This document shows positions 30,298-40,610 of a stretch of 57,694 bases of DNA, in pieces. Every line of letters begins with the position of its first letter. Positions within the stretch are counted from its first letter, which is position 1. The notes below the pieces were generated by a model. It was not told the DNA's origin. It did not search any database and saw only the letters and a program-made list of their open reading frames with translations. This DNA comes from a virus. The translations under genes were made by a program, and so were the position numbers. Where the stretch lies: the UHGV virus genome UHGV-0135630; one strand, 5' to 3'.

Positions 30298-31401
30298 GTG
30301 TCACTCCTTTTGAATCGTGAGCATACGAACGGTCAGGTAACAAACGCATCGTATGCAAAAGTTATTGAGACGGTGCTTAAAAGCGGCGTGCAGGCTGATG
30401 ATCGCACAGGCACTGGTACTTTAAGCACCTGCTACGTTCCCTCTTACTACATGCTTACTGGTGGGACTGTGCCGCTTATTTCTGGAAAGGCGGTAAATCT
30501 TAAGCCACTGCTTGTCGAACTTGAGTGGTATCTGAAAGGCACGGGCAACATCCAATTTCTCAAGGATAACGGCGTTAAGATTTGGGATGCATGGGCCGAT
30601 GAGAATGGCGATTTGGGGCCGGTTTACGGTAAGCAGTGGCGTCGATGGGAAGATACCCGCATCGTGAGCCATAGTGAATATCTGAGCAAGATCGCTACTT
30701 TCCGTGAACGCGGGTACAAAGTCGAGGGATACCTGGGTATCAGTGAAGATCGCGTAGTGCTGTCCCGTGAAATCGATCAGCTACAGCGTATTGTCGATAC
30801 ACTGCGCACGAACCCTACCGATCGTCGCATCATGCTTAACGCATGGAACGTAGGCGAGCTTGAGGATATGAAACTGCCACCTTGCCACTTTGTCTTCTCT
30901 TTGTGGAGTCGTGAGCTGGATTTTGAAACCCGTTTAACGATGGCAACTGACATTGGTCTTCAACACAGTCGCCTCGGTTACGAGTCTATCTACACCAAGA
31001 TGCTATACGATCTGGAGATGGACGGCAGTGTTACTGAAGCTGAACTGGATGAACTTGGAATCCCCAAACGCATCCTCAACTCCTGCCTCGTACAGCGTAG
31101 CGTAGACACTTTTGTTGGTATGCCATTCAATATTGCTGGCTATGGCATTCTCACTCATTTTCTCGCGAAGATTACGGGTCACATGGCCGGTGCATTTGTG
31201 CATTTTGGCTTTGACGTGCATTTGTACAACAACCACATGGAAGGTGTGTGTGAGCTAATGAAACGACAGGCTCCAGAGCATTCAGATCCGGTCGTTATTT
31301 TCCCTCATGAATGGTCAGAGTTGGATGATTTCAAATGGGACGAGGTTTTAATTCTTGGCTATGACCCTCTATCGTGGATCAAGGTTCCAGTGGCGGTGTG
31401 A
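30298..31401 (+). CDS. thyA: thymidylate synthase (ThyA family) with insertions
   Basis: DRTGTGTL, WADENGDLGPVYGKQWR, RRIMLNAWNVGELEDMKLPPCH, GMPFNIAGY; start set to GTG after GAGG RBS (ORF track gives 30271). Confidence 0.8.
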   Translation: MSLLLNREHTNGQVTNASYAKVIETVLKSGVQADDRTGTGTLSTCYVPSYYMLTGGTVPLISGKAVNLKPLLVELEWYLKGTGNIQFLKDNGVKIWDAWADENGDLGPVYGKQWRRWEDTRIVSHSEYLSKIATFRERGYKVEGYLGISEDRVVLSREIDQLQRIVDTLRTNPTDRRIMLNAWNVGELEDMKLPPCHFVFSLWSRELDFETRLTMATDIGLQHSRLGYESIYTKMLYDLEMDGSVTEAELDELGIPKRILNSCLVQRSVDTFVGMPFNIAGYGILTHFLAKITGHMAGAFVHFGFDVHLYNNHMEGVCELMKRQAPEHSDPVVIFPHEWSELDDFKWDEVLILGYDPLSWIKVPVAV

Positions 31402-31402
31402 T

Positions 31403-31816
31403 ATGGCAAGAGGTATGTATGTCTTATGCGAAATTGAAGGTGTGCTGGCAAATGCCAGCCATCGTAAATCAGTATCTGACGCGGATGCAGGCCAGCTCAT
31501 TGCCGGTGATGAACTCATTTTCCCCACCAGCCGTATGTTGCGTGGTTTTGCTCGCTCAGGGGCTGAAGTGGTGCTTATCAGTAGCCGCTCTGAAACTCTT
31601 GAAGCGCCAACTAAACGATGGCTGAAAGATTTTGGCGTTGATTATGACTGGCTTCATCTCGTACCGAATGGCACCAGTTATGAGAAGCATATTAAGCGCA
31701 CATTAGCGGAGCATAAAGGCGATCTGCTTATCGCTGCGCTGGTGCACGATCCTCGACTCCGTGCCGCTTTAGCCGACTCTCACCATCGACCGGTCATCTA
31801 TGAGGTGAGCAAATGA
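31403..31816 (+). CDS. hypothetical protein, possibly HAD-like hydrolase
   Basis: 137 aa from internal ATG overlapping thyA stop; VLCEIEGVL weakly resembles HAD motif I. Confidence 0.35.
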   Translation: MARGMYVLCEIEGVLANASHRKSVSDADAGQLIAGDELIFPTSRMLRGFARSGAEVVLISSRSETLEAPTKRWLKDFGVDYDWLHLVPNGTSYEKHIKRTLAEHKGDLLIAALVHDPRLRAALADSHHRPVIYEVSK

Positions 31817-32289
31817 AGATGATCGCTGCTGTTGGCCGTAACTATGAGATCGGCATAGCGAATGAACTCCCCTGGCGTTGTTCTACCGATCTGAAGCTAT
31901 TTAAGAGACTCACCAAAAACGCCACTGTCGTTATGGGGCGTAAAACGATGGAAAGTCTCAAACGCCCTCTTCCAGAGCGTCATAACCTCGTTTTGACGCG
32001 CTCTCATGGCTTTGTACCAAATGGATTCTACCCTGCTGGTGTGGATGATGTGTTGCGATTACCAGAGCCTGTGTGGGTGATTGGCGGGGAACAAATTTAC
32101 TCGCTATTCATGCCGCATGTTGAAGAGATTTGGCTCTCCCACATCGGCGTTGATGTGCCAAACGCCGATGCATTCTTCCCGGCAAGCATGATGCGTAATT
32201 TAGGCTTTGTGCCTGTTGAAACAGCTTATACCCAACGAGCCAGCGAGGAAGAGCCTGGCTTTTCGCAGATCGTATACAGAAGGTCGTAA
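31813..32289 (+). CDS. folA: dihydrofolate reductase
   Basis: 158 aa; MIAAVGRNYEIGIANELPW and VVMGRKTMESL are DHFR hallmarks; coupled to thyA. Confidence 0.85.
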   Translation: MKMIAAVGRNYEIGIANELPWRCSTDLKLFKRLTKNATVVMGRKTMESLKRPLPERHNLVLTRSHGFVPNGFYPAGVDDVLRLPEPVWVIGGEQIYSLFMPHVEEIWLSHIGVDVPNADAFFPASMMRNLGFVPVETAYTQRASEEEPGFSQIVYRRS

Positions 32290-32933
32290 TGGATTACCGG
32301 ATTGGGATCACTGGTGCTCAGGGCAGTGGGAAAACAACCCTGGCTAAATATATCGACAAACATTACGGAATCCCTTACGTGGATGCTGGTGTCGGAAGTT
32401 TGATGAGCCGCCTCGGTGTTCGAGTAGGTGATTCTATGCCTCTATATGAGCGGCTTCAGATTCAAATGGAAATAGCAAAGCATATAGAGCTACTTACGCG
32501 TGGTGTTGAAGGCTTTGTTATCGATCGCACACCTGCTGATGTTATGGCCTACACGTTGGATTTGGTCGGCCATACAAATGAAGATCGGTGTATTGAGTTA
32601 GCCCTCGATATCGAAAAGTTTTGCCACAAAACTGCTATTTCAAACTTTAACGCCATTGCTGGCTTACGCCCGGGAGTCGCTCTCTCAGAGCGAGATTACT
32701 TGCGATCACAACGAGCATCATTAGACCGTCTGTATGTCGCTCGTATTGATGCGTTGATGTGCGGGGAACTGACAAAAATTCACCTGCATCCGCAAAGGGG
32801 AGATCTGCAAACCTTCGTCGTTTCCAACCGATATCGCACGGTTGAAGCAAGAGCCAGATCAGTGATGAGAATGCTAGATAACGCTGTAGAAAAGATAGAA
32901 AACCGGTTCTGTGGCCGAGTGACCGTTCATTAG
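32289..32933 (+). CDS. P-loop nucleotide kinase (dNMP kinase-like, putative)
   Basis: Walker A GAQGSGKTT; size and layout like phage deoxynucleotide monophosphate kinases. Confidence 0.5.
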   Translation: MDYRIGITGAQGSGKTTLAKYIDKHYGIPYVDAGVGSLMSRLGVRVGDSMPLYERLQIQMEIAKHIELLTRGVEGFVIDRTPADVMAYTLDLVGHTNEDRCIELALDIEKFCHKTAISNFNAIAGLRPGVALSERDYLRSQRASLDRLYVARIDALMCGELTKIHLHPQRGDLQTFVVSNRYRTVEARARSVMRMLDNAVEKIENRFCGRVTVH

Positions 32934-32994
32934 AAATTGTTCGCCTCTTCGACATTGCGACAATAAAACTCTCAAAATGGGTTAAGGATAAAAA

Positions 32995-33414
32995 ATGTTT
33001 AGTGAAATGTTGCTTGAAGATGAACTGGATCGGAAAACAACAGAGGCTTTGATTCGTGTAGCGGACGAACATTCCCGGTCGCTTATGAGCGATCGAGAGG
33101 CTCGTCTGGCTATTCGTGCCATATTCGAAACTGCGCAGGGGCTTGTTGGTACACAAGTGGGTGAAGCCATTAACATCGCCATGTCTCAGTTCAGTGAAGG
33201 CAGTAAAAAGCCTCTGTTTCCTATGCATTTGATGCTGGCTGGTGGCTCGGTGCTTTATATCTCTGTTTGTCTGGATAGCAACCAAATCAATATTCTCAAC
33301 ACTGTGTCAGGTAAGTGGAAAGATCCGATTGTCTGTGAAACCAGTGAAGAAACTTTGAAAAAAGCGGCTCAATTTGTACGTAGCGCACTACTTAAGGGCG
33401 CTAAGAAGTTGTAA
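32995..33414 (+). CDS. hypothetical protein
   Basis: 139 aa ORF with RBS. Confidence 0.45.
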   Translation: MFSEMLLEDELDRKTTEALIRVADEHSRSLMSDREARLAIRAIFETAQGLVGTQVGEAINIAMSQFSEGSKKPLFPMHLMLAGGSVLYISVCLDSNQINILNTVSGKWKDPIVCETSEETLKKAAQFVRSALLKGAKKL

Positions 33415-33423
33415 GGAGTTCTG

Positions 33424-33981
33424 ATGACAACGATTGTTGCAGGCATCGATATCGAGTCTACGGGACTGGATTTCCTTGCTGGTCATAAAATTATTGAAAT
33501 CGCAATTACCCGCTATGAACTGGAGACACAGAGACATATTGATAGTCTGGAGATGCGTTTTAACCCTCGCAGAAACATAGATCCGAAAGCTCAAGCCGTT
33601 CATGGCATTTCATTGGAACAGCTCGCAGCTGAACCTTTGTTGTCAAATCATGCCAGCGAAATTGGCGCTTATATGGGGGCATGTAGTGTGTGGGTTGCTC
33701 ATAACGGCGAAGCATTTGATATACCATTTATTCGACACGAGTTTTCAGGGTATGGAGTAAGACTGCCAGAAGTTCCTGTTATAGATACTATGTTATCGGG
33801 ATTGTGGGCCACAGAAGACGGTAAACGTCCCCGCCTTGAAGAGTTGGCCTTCTCTCTTGGCTTTATATACGATCATGCCAAAGCACATAGTGCCTTATAT
33901 GACACAAACTTAATGATGCAATGCTTCTTTAAGGCACGTAATAAGTACGGATTTTTTAAATTACCCTCTGAAATTGTGTAA
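33424..33981 (+). CDS. DnaQ-like 3-prime to 5-prime exonuclease
   Basis: Exo I GIDIESTG, Exo II HNGEAFDIPF, Exo III HSALYDT. Confidence 0.75.
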   Translation: MTTIVAGIDIESTGLDFLAGHKIIEIAITRYELETQRHIDSLEMRFNPRRNIDPKAQAVHGISLEQLAAEPLLSNHASEIGAYMGACSVWVAHNGEAFDIPFIRHEFSGYGVRLPEVPVIDTMLSGLWATEDGKRPRLEELAFSLGFIYDHAKAHSALYDTNLMMQCFFKARNKYGFFKLPSEIV

Positions 33982-34139
33982 AACAAAAGCCTACTTTAAA
34001 AAGTTTAAAGTAGGCTTTCTTTTAAAGAACAGTCGCCTTTCAATCATTTCCTGCCTGTATTTAATACTTTTCCGCCTGATAGGTTTAGTCAAAATGTAGC
34101 CATCGAAACGCAAATGTAACCAAACAGAAGGAGACTTAC

Positions 34140-34949
34140 ATGAGTTCGGTTGAAAATGTAATGACAAATGATGATCTGGACGAGCTGACAGCCATGTTGC
34201 AATCACTTGATGAACCAGTAAAAAAAGCTGCACAGGTTGAAAATACTGATGATATTGACGATCTGCTGCTCGGCCTAGATGCTGGCGTAGCCATGAGTTC
34301 TGATGATGTTGCCGAAGAACTGTTCAATGAAGAAAAAGCAGGTGATTTCAGCTCTGCTTTAAATGAGTTGGAGTTAGCGCATGAGCCTATAAACGTAATT
34401 AACGCTGAAAGTGTTGAAGCTGCCGAAAACGAGCCAGAACAATTGGGATTTATTGAGGTTGAAGAGTGTGTTGAGGTTAATGATGAATTAAAAGTTCAAC
34501 AGTCAAATGATAGCAATACAAATAAAAAAGCTCGTACTGCAAGAGGTCCTCGTTTTACTTTAAGTGATAAAGATGATTCGTTTTTCAATAAAGCGGGCTT
34601 AGAAAAAGATATTTTCTTAGACGCTTACGATAACGCGCCTGTCAAAGCAAAGGATAAGATATTAAACCTTCTTAATTGGTTTAGCGGAGGTCCAGATATT
34701 AGTGTTTACACGGTAATTTCCATGAGACACCTTCTCACAGAAAAGAAGGCTACAAGTAATAGTATTAAGATTGCTTTAATGAGCAATCCAGAAAAACCGT
34801 ATCCGCTTAACACTGCGTCAACTCAGGCTGGGCAAATGATGGCTGTATTTCCAGCGACAGGAATTGCCGTTAGAGGCGGTGGAAATCTAACATTGAACGA
34901 AGAATCACCGATCGTTAAGAAGTTTGTCGCGGAGTACACTATTGGATGA
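34140..34949 (+). CDS. hypothetical protein with strongly acidic N-terminal half
   Basis: 269 aa; first about 110 residues D/E-rich. Confidence 0.5.
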   Translation: MSSVENVMTNDDLDELTAMLQSLDEPVKKAAQVENTDDIDDLLLGLDAGVAMSSDDVAEELFNEEKAGDFSSALNELELAHEPINVINAESVEAAENEPEQLGFIEVEECVEVNDELKVQQSNDSNTNKKARTARGPRFTLSDKDDSFFNKAGLEKDIFLDAYDNAPVKAKDKILNLLNWFSGGPDISVYTVISMRHLLTEKKATSNSIKIALMSNPEKPYPLNTASTQAGQMMAVFPATGIAVRGGGNLTLNEESPIVKKFVAEYTIG

Positions 34950-35132
34950 CGTTCCCCTACTGAAAATAAAGCCCATAGAGAGCTTTATAGTGCTGGGTAA
35001 GCCAATCACATACCCAGCACCACAAAAACGCGCCAGAGAGCTTCTCGTTTGCATTTCTGGCGCGTTTTATTTGATTGCCAGACATAAAACCAAATGCAAA
35101 AATAGGTATTTACTTACCTATCGAGAAAGAAG

Positions 35133-35726
35133 ATGATTGCAGCCGAAAAAATCAAACAGCGAAAGCGCGACAACTCTCTTCGTGACCTCTGGAGAACACC
35201 TGACTGGCTGTTTTCTGCCATTCAACGTTATCTTGGAGTGACATTTGATGTTGACGTTGCCTGCAACAAGGACAATGCAAAGCTGCCTAATTTCATAGGC
35301 GTTGAGCGTGATGCTTTGAAATCTGAATGGGGACAGCCAGGTACAATTGCCTTCCTCAATCCACCCTACTCCAAAATCTCCCCCTGGATTGATGCGGCTA
35401 TACGTGAGCAGGCTCGCGGAGTTACAACAGTGATGCTAATTCCTCAATCCCTAGATACAAAGTGGTATGAGCGTGCAACAGAGTGTGCGAATGAGACGAT
35501 TATTCTGTCTGGTGGCCGCGTAGCGTTTGTCGAGCCTGACGTCAATCTGGGTCAGGTAGAAGTAAACATCAACCCAGGTGGCAGTATGCTCGTTGTTTTT
35601 CGAGGATTCTGTCAGGACGCTGGGCACTCTATAAGCAAGATCCCTTTGGACGTCATGAAAAGTCTGGGAGGGTATGATCCTGCGAATGTGATCAGGAAAA
35701 AAAGACCATCAAAGAAGGCTGCTTAG
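35133..35726 (+). CDS. phage-type DNA N6-adenine methyltransferase (Dam family)
   Basis: WRTPDWLF and FLNPPYS motifs characteristic of phage Dam methyltransferases. Confidence 0.75.
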   Translation: MIAAEKIKQRKRDNSLRDLWRTPDWLFSAIQRYLGVTFDVDVACNKDNAKLPNFIGVERDALKSEWGQPGTIAFLNPPYSKISPWIDAAIREQARGVTTVMLIPQSLDTKWYERATECANETIILSGGRVAFVEPDVNLGQVEVNINPGGSMLVVFRGFCQDAGHSISKIPLDVMKSLGGYDPANVIRKKRPSKKAA

Positions 35727-35911
35727 TTTGTTCTGGCGTCTGTAATTAGCCTGCTTCTGTATATATAAATAACTACATATTAATTATTAATATACGGAAG
35801 CAGGCTGTTTTGTATCAGAGACTCCAGACCTGAACATCACTACAGAATCCACTAGAACCCCTTCCCAGACGCTTTAAAATCGATTTTATGAATCACTTTA
35901 AGGAAACTAAC

Positions 35912-36142
35912 ATGTCATACCCGACTAATGTCGTTGCGCTCGTAGAGAGCGATTTTCTGGCCCAGGCCCGTGAAATGATGAAAGATCGCGAGCAGGCTTT
36001 CAACTTGTACGAATGGGCAATTAAGTGCTTGCATCTTGGGGAGCATCGCGAACTTGTTGAACAGCTTTTAGGTGAGTTGATTAACGAGGTGTTTGCCTTG
36101 AATGTTCAACTACATGGTCGAGAAAATAATCAATCGAAATGA
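35912..36142 (+). CDS. hypothetical protein
   Basis: 76 aa from ATG after AAGGAAA RBS. Confidence 0.4.
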   Translation: MSYPTNVVALVESDFLAQAREMMKDREQAFNLYEWAIKCLHLGEHRELVEQLLGELINEVFALNVQLHGRENNQSK

Positions 36143-36179
36143 TAGATAAGTACAAACTATTCATAAAGTGAATTGTAAG

Positions 36180-36660
36180 TGCTAAGATCTGATAGTTTCC
36201 AGTCGTAGACTGGAGACTCGACCTGATGGGTGGGGGTAAGCGTCACTGGCGTCAGGTTTAAAAAAGCTCACTACCAGCGTAGAACCGGTGCCGTTTAGGT
36301 GTCGGGGAAGGGGGAACCAAAGTGAGCGGAGACAAGGGTCACTTTATGATTGTCGAGTCTGGGGTGTTTCGAGAGGTTGAATCCAGTACTCCCCTTCATA
36401 AAGTGTGGGAAGATCTCGGTTCTGGGGTGCTGTCATCCATAACTTCCCAAGTCTAAGCTGGCAGTAGACTTAGGCCATAACTTTTCAGGTTATGAAACGA
36501 CCAGGTTGGTGAGGGATTTTTATACTCACCTCCCTGGGAGAGTATTACCTGAAAAGACAACCTCTCACTTCGTTCGAGGTGAACTTCACTCACTTCGTTC
36601 GTTCAGTTCAGGTTTATAAAAACCTGTTCTGGGAAGTAATTTGTTTATTTTAATAATTAT
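36180..36660. ncRNA. candidate structured noncoding region (unknown RNA or origin-like element)
   Basis: About 480 bp without ORFs; local hairpin CCAGTCgtaGACTGG; long-range complementarity GGAGACTCGAC with GTCGAGTCT; repeated TCTGGGGTG, TTCATAAAGTG and TCACTTCGTTCG. Confidence 0.25.
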
Positions 36661-36726
36661 TAACACGCACGCGTGTGCGCACGCGCGAGGAAAAAAATCG
36701 GCGCGGCGCTTGATTCAGGAGTTTAT

Positions 36727-37320
36727 ATGACGACGAAGACACCAGCCCGATCGCAAGAAAAAACTCGCAAAAAAGCCAAAAACAAAAATTCTCCCCGCAC
36801 CAATTCCACAACGCCTGTCGTAGAGTTCAATCCCCAGCTTAAAACCGTGAAAATCTTCAGTGATGGCTCTTGCCTTAAAAATCCGGGTGGCCCGGGCGGT
36901 TACGGTATAGTTCTCCAGTATCGTGGTGAGGAACGCGAGTTCTCAGATGGTTTTCATAGCACCACCAATAACCGCATGGAGATGATGGGGGCACTTATCG
37001 GGCTGGAGCGTTTGAAATATCCATGCAACGTTATTTTGCACTCTGATAGCCAGTATCTGAAAAACGGCATGACACAGTGGATGAAATGGTGGAAACGCAA
37101 TGGATGGGTGACTTCTGACAAAAAACCGGTAAAGAATGTTGATCTGTGGAAGCGTCTGGATGAGGCTGCAAGTCGACATAATGTTCGCTGGAAGTGGGTT
37201 AAAGGTCACGCCGGGCATCGTGAAAATGAAATATGTGATCGACTCGCGAAGATCGCAGCTTTTTCCGCAGCAGATATGCCTCACAAGAAAGATATTGGTT
37301 TTGTTTACAACAAGCAGTAA
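36727..37320 (+). CDS. rnhA: ribonuclease HI
   Basis: [49 protein letters not shown]; start at MTTK after AGGAG, giving a basic N-terminal extension. Confidence 0.85.
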   Translation: MTTKTPARSQEKTRKKAKNKNSPRTNSTTPVVEFNPQLKTVKIFSDGSCLKNPGGPGGYGIVLQYRGEEREFSDGFHSTTNNRMEMMGALIGLERLKYPCNVILHSDSQYLKNGMTQWMKWWKRNGWVTSDKKPVKNVDLWKRLDEAASRHNVRWKWVKGHAGHRENEICDRLAKIAAFSAADMPHKKDIGFVYNKQ

Positions 37321-37465
37321 GTAAGTGTTTACCTATCATTTTAAATCATGTATCTTATCAGCGTCAGGATGACAATGTGTCGGTAAGACACAGTTCCAGG
37401 ATGGAACGAGAAAGGCGGCTGGCAATCGCCAGCCGCAACTCTTTCTGACACTGGATGGAGTCCAC

Positions 37466-37960
37466 ATGGCACGTCAAACCTATTTCACTTCTGCAACTAA
37501 ACGTCCTCGTTCACTACGTCAAATTTTGGCCGAATTATTTAGCGGTCGTGTTCTGTCACGTCTTGATGAACTAGAGACTGCCGTTCGGTTGCTGAATGAA
37601 CGTTTAGATAAGCAAGCGTCAGTTGTTGCGAACGTGGGGGCGATTGTTACCTCTGGTTCTTCACGCGAAGCGAAAAGTACACGGCCTTTAGTGAAGGAGA
37701 AAAACAACAAGGACAGTTCGAATGGAAAATTTTCAAAGAAAGAGGCTGAAACCAATGGCCTACGTTCTCATTATAGTTTCACTGGCGACGATAGCCGTTC
37801 CAGCCGGCCAGAGCCTTTTGATGCCGGGTTCATCCATCACCACACCTCCGTCGACGACAATTACCACCACTCCAGTAGAGCGTCCTGTCACTCTGGATGG
37901 GATGACGGTGGATGCGATACCTCAAGTTCATCCAGTTACTCAGGATCATGCTGTGACTAA
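37466..37960 (+). CDS. hypothetical protein (C-terminal part low-complexity; frame uncertain)
   Basis: 164 aa ORF; overlaps alternative-frame ORF 37722..37973 encoding a TM segment. Confidence 0.3.
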   Translation: MARQTYFTSATKRPRSLRQILAELFSGRVLSRLDELETAVRLLNERLDKQASVVANVGAIVTSGSSREAKSTRPLVKEKNNKDSSNGKFSKKEAETNGLRSHYSFTGDDSRSSRPEPFDAGFIHHHTSVDDNYHHSSRASCHSGWDDGGCDTSSSSSYSGSCCD

Positions 37961-37969
37961 GGCGGTTGT

Positions 37970-38167
37970 ATGAACTGGTTTTCAAATCACTTTGGAAAAA
38001 CTTGGCTGGCGATTCTGGCTTTCATAGCTCTCATGGCCGCCGGTTGGGTATCGAACATTGTAAAACTCGTTTGCTCTGGTGATCTCCAGTTTCAGGCTGG
38101 TATGACCTTGGCTCGTGTTGTTGGGATTTTTGTTTTTCCAGTCGGTTCGGTACTTGGTTATTTCTGA
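37970..38167 (+). CDS. small membrane protein
   Basis: 65 aa with two hydrophobic segments. Confidence 0.4.
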   Translation: MNWFSNHFGKTWLAILAFIALMAAGWVSNIVKLVCSGDLQFQAGMTLARVVGIFVFPVGSVLGYF

Positions 38168-38220
38168 CGGTTGTTAGTGCATATGCATTGACCGTCTTTT
38201 CGTAAGCAATTCATGTAACT

Positions 38221-38239
38221 AGAAAACAACTTGTTTTAA
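38221..38239. promoter_or_regulatory. motif A palindrome AGAAAACAACTTGTTTTAA (representative copy)
   Basis: AAAACAA-N-TTGTTT inverted repeat 20-40 bp upstream of ATG, followed by AGGAAAGCACATG; more than 10 similar copies in the window. Confidence 0.5.
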
Positions 38240-38260
38240 CAAATAACAAAAGGAAAGCAC

Positions 38261-38686
38261 ATGTTAGGTTTATTCAAAAAGAAAACTCGTAAAGCTGTTA
38301 TCGAGGTCAAAAAAATGGAGAACCGAGATGCGGTTGAAGCCACCGTGTGGGGCGCGTACATGATCTCCTATGCCGATGGCACATGCGACGCAAAGGAAAT
38401 TTCCATTCTTGAGAAAACAATTGCAGCTCTGCCTGCGTTTTCTCCGTTTGCTGGTGAGATTGCCCAAATGAGCGCCAATATCCGTGCTCAATACGAAGCC
38501 TCACCGCGCCGCGCTAATGCCCAGGCTTTACGTGAGCTGGCTGATGTGGCCGGGACTAATGATGCAGTAGATGTACTGTGTCTGTGCCTTGATATTGCCG
38601 ACCAAGACGGTATTGGCGAACAAGAAGAGCTGGCCCTGAAAAAGATCGCACAGGCGCTTCAGTTGTCACTGGATGCTTATCTCTAA
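38261..38686 (+). CDS. TerB-like domain protein (putative)
   Basis: YADGTCDAKEISILEKT and LDIADQDGIGEQEELALKKIAQAL resemble TerB repeats; assignment from memory. Confidence 0.5.
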   Translation: MLGLFKKKTRKAVIEVKKMENRDAVEATVWGAYMISYADGTCDAKEISILEKTIAALPAFSPFAGEIAQMSANIRAQYEASPRRANAQALRELADVAGTNDAVDVLCLCLDIADQDGIGEQEELALKKIAQALQLSLDAYL

Positions 38687-38983
38687 TGCTTGAGAGATTC
38701 CGGCTTGTGACCGTCATTGCTCTTCTGGTGATGGCGGTGTTGGTGGATTTTACGGGAAAGATGATGTCTGTCATTTCTGATGGCGTCCTCATTGGTCTGG
38801 CGATCTACTTCGCTTATCCGCTAGTCCGTAAAGCAACGTGTTAATGACAAGGGCCAAATGGCCCTTGTGTTTCGTTGACCGAAATAGAGAGTTTGCACCT
38901 TTACGTTTAGCTTGCTCCCCTTTTATGCCACATCACAATAAAGCCAATAAGAAAACAACTTGTTTAAGCATTAGGAAAAACAC

Positions 38984-39553
38984 ATGTGCAAGAAATGCAA
39001 AGCGATAGCTGATGAACAAAACGCCTTATTCGAAGAAATGGATGCTAATGAACTGGTCAAAATGTTAGCCATTCTTCGAGGAATAGAAGACGTTTCCATA
39101 TTTGAGAGAGTGGTTACAGCACTTAATTTTGAGTCCACCTTTGAAGAGCCAACTCAGGTTGTAGCTTTAGCACATCATTTCGGTGTTCATTATCTTGCTG
39201 AAAAAGAGCGCGCTGATAAGTTGCAGGCGACTTTGGATATGGTGAGCGAGACTCAACGAACTGATGACACTAACAAGAGTGAGGCGATTATTGCCAGCAA
39301 AGATCGTGAAATTGCTGGGCTTAAATCCTCTCTAACGATGTTGATGTCTGCGTTCAATCTTATGTCTTCTCAGGCGGGTTATAAAATGCCATCACTAAAC
39401 AGCGATGATCCGATGGCCGTTCGTCAGCTTTTGGGAGCAATGGCCGACCAACTCGACGACACAAAGAGTCGGCTTGAAGACATGATGCGTGAGTTAAGCC
39501 ATCGACATAACCTCGCAACACAGCCACACAAAGCCTTTCAAAGCTCTAATTGA
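38984..39553 (+). CDS. hypothetical protein
   Basis: 189 aa; motif A and consensus start context upstream. Confidence 0.5.
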   Translation: MCKKCKAIADEQNALFEEMDANELVKMLAILRGIEDVSIFERVVTALNFESTFEEPTQVVALAHHFGVHYLAEKERADKLQATLDMVSETQRTDDTNKSEAIIASKDREIAGLKSSLTMLMSAFNLMSSQAGYKMPSLNSDDPMAVRQLLGAMADQLDDTKSRLEDMMRELSHRHNLATQPHKAFQSSN

Positions 39554-39608
39554 TCTGATATGGCCGCATGATCGGCCATATTGTGTTGATAAAAAACAAG
39601 GATGAAAA

Positions 39609-39890
39609 ATGGCATACGGTACAGGGATTTACAACAATAAAGGAATTAACGTTACTGGCTTCCTTACTCCTATTTTTTTTCTTGATCGATTTACTGCGTC
39701 ATCAGGCTCTAAGACGTACTCCAATCCGCCACCGGGTAAATCGCTACATGCCGTGTGGTCATTGATGCCTCTTAACAACGACAACTACATTAATTTACCT
39801 GTTCCAACAGTTACTATTAATGGAAATACGGTTAGTTGGTCAAATTTATATAGGGGGCTTGGTTCTTACATATACACATACTGGGGATAA
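39609..39890 (+). CDS. hypothetical protein (AT-rich gene)
   Basis: 93 aa; locally low GC. Confidence 0.4.
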   Translation: MAYGTGIYNNKGINVTGFLTPIFFLDRFTASSGSKTYSNPPPGKSLHAVWSLMPLNNDNYINLPVPTVTINGNTVSWSNLYRGLGSYIYTYWG

Positions 39891-39892
39891 TT

Positions 39893-40507
39893 ATGTTCGG
39901 GATGTCAATTACTCAATCAGATGGAAGTTTGTGGATGAGTCCAGAATTTACTCCGCAAAATCTGATTAATAAAGGGACAATGTCTACATCTAAAGGTTCT
40001 GTTTTTCAAACATCAATCCCATCAAACAAATCATGCTTTTTCTTCATAAAAAGCAGTAATAAGGCGAACATGATGTTTATTCATGAGCATAGTAACGGAT
40101 ACAATGCTCTCAGATTGCATCAGGTAAATGGTAGCCCCGGAACAATAACAGTTTATGCTTTTTCTGATATGGTGTTACCACATTCTGGCTATGGCATTGC
40201 CATGTATAACAGCGCAGGCGCAATGGTGTATCACGGTGAGATGATGCCCCTTGATGCGAAACTTATCACTATTTCTGACCCTCAATTTACAATAGATATG
40301 GGGTATCCATGTGCGGTAATGCCTGCTATGGTTGGGGTATATAACTATAGACGAACCGATTACGACAGACCTGTCTATGTAACAATGACAGGTGCAACTG
40401 GAAACCAAGTATATAACGGTCAATGGTATTCCGGTAATGTCACATGGGATATTAAGAAGATTTATACAAACAAAATTCTGGTGATAAATACCTCCAAGTA
40501 TGATTAG
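39893..40507 (+). CDS. hypothetical protein (AT-rich gene)
   Basis: 204 aa; starts 2 nt after previous stop. Confidence 0.45.
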   Translation: MFGMSITQSDGSLWMSPEFTPQNLINKGTMSTSKGSVFQTSIPSNKSCFFFIKSSNKANMMFIHEHSNGYNALRLHQVNGSPGTITVYAFSDMVLPHSGYGIAMYNSAGAMVYHGEMMPLDAKLITISDPQFTIDMGYPCAVMPAMVGVYNYRRTDYDRPVYVTMTGATGNQVYNGQWYSGNVTWDIKKIYTNKILVINTSKYD

Positions 40508-40610
40508 CCAATGCCTTTATTTGAAGGATTGCCTGTTTATTTCTATTTAGTACCTTTTCATTTTTGAAATAATTGCACCATTAAACAAATCACTTCTTAA
40601 TGGTGCAATT

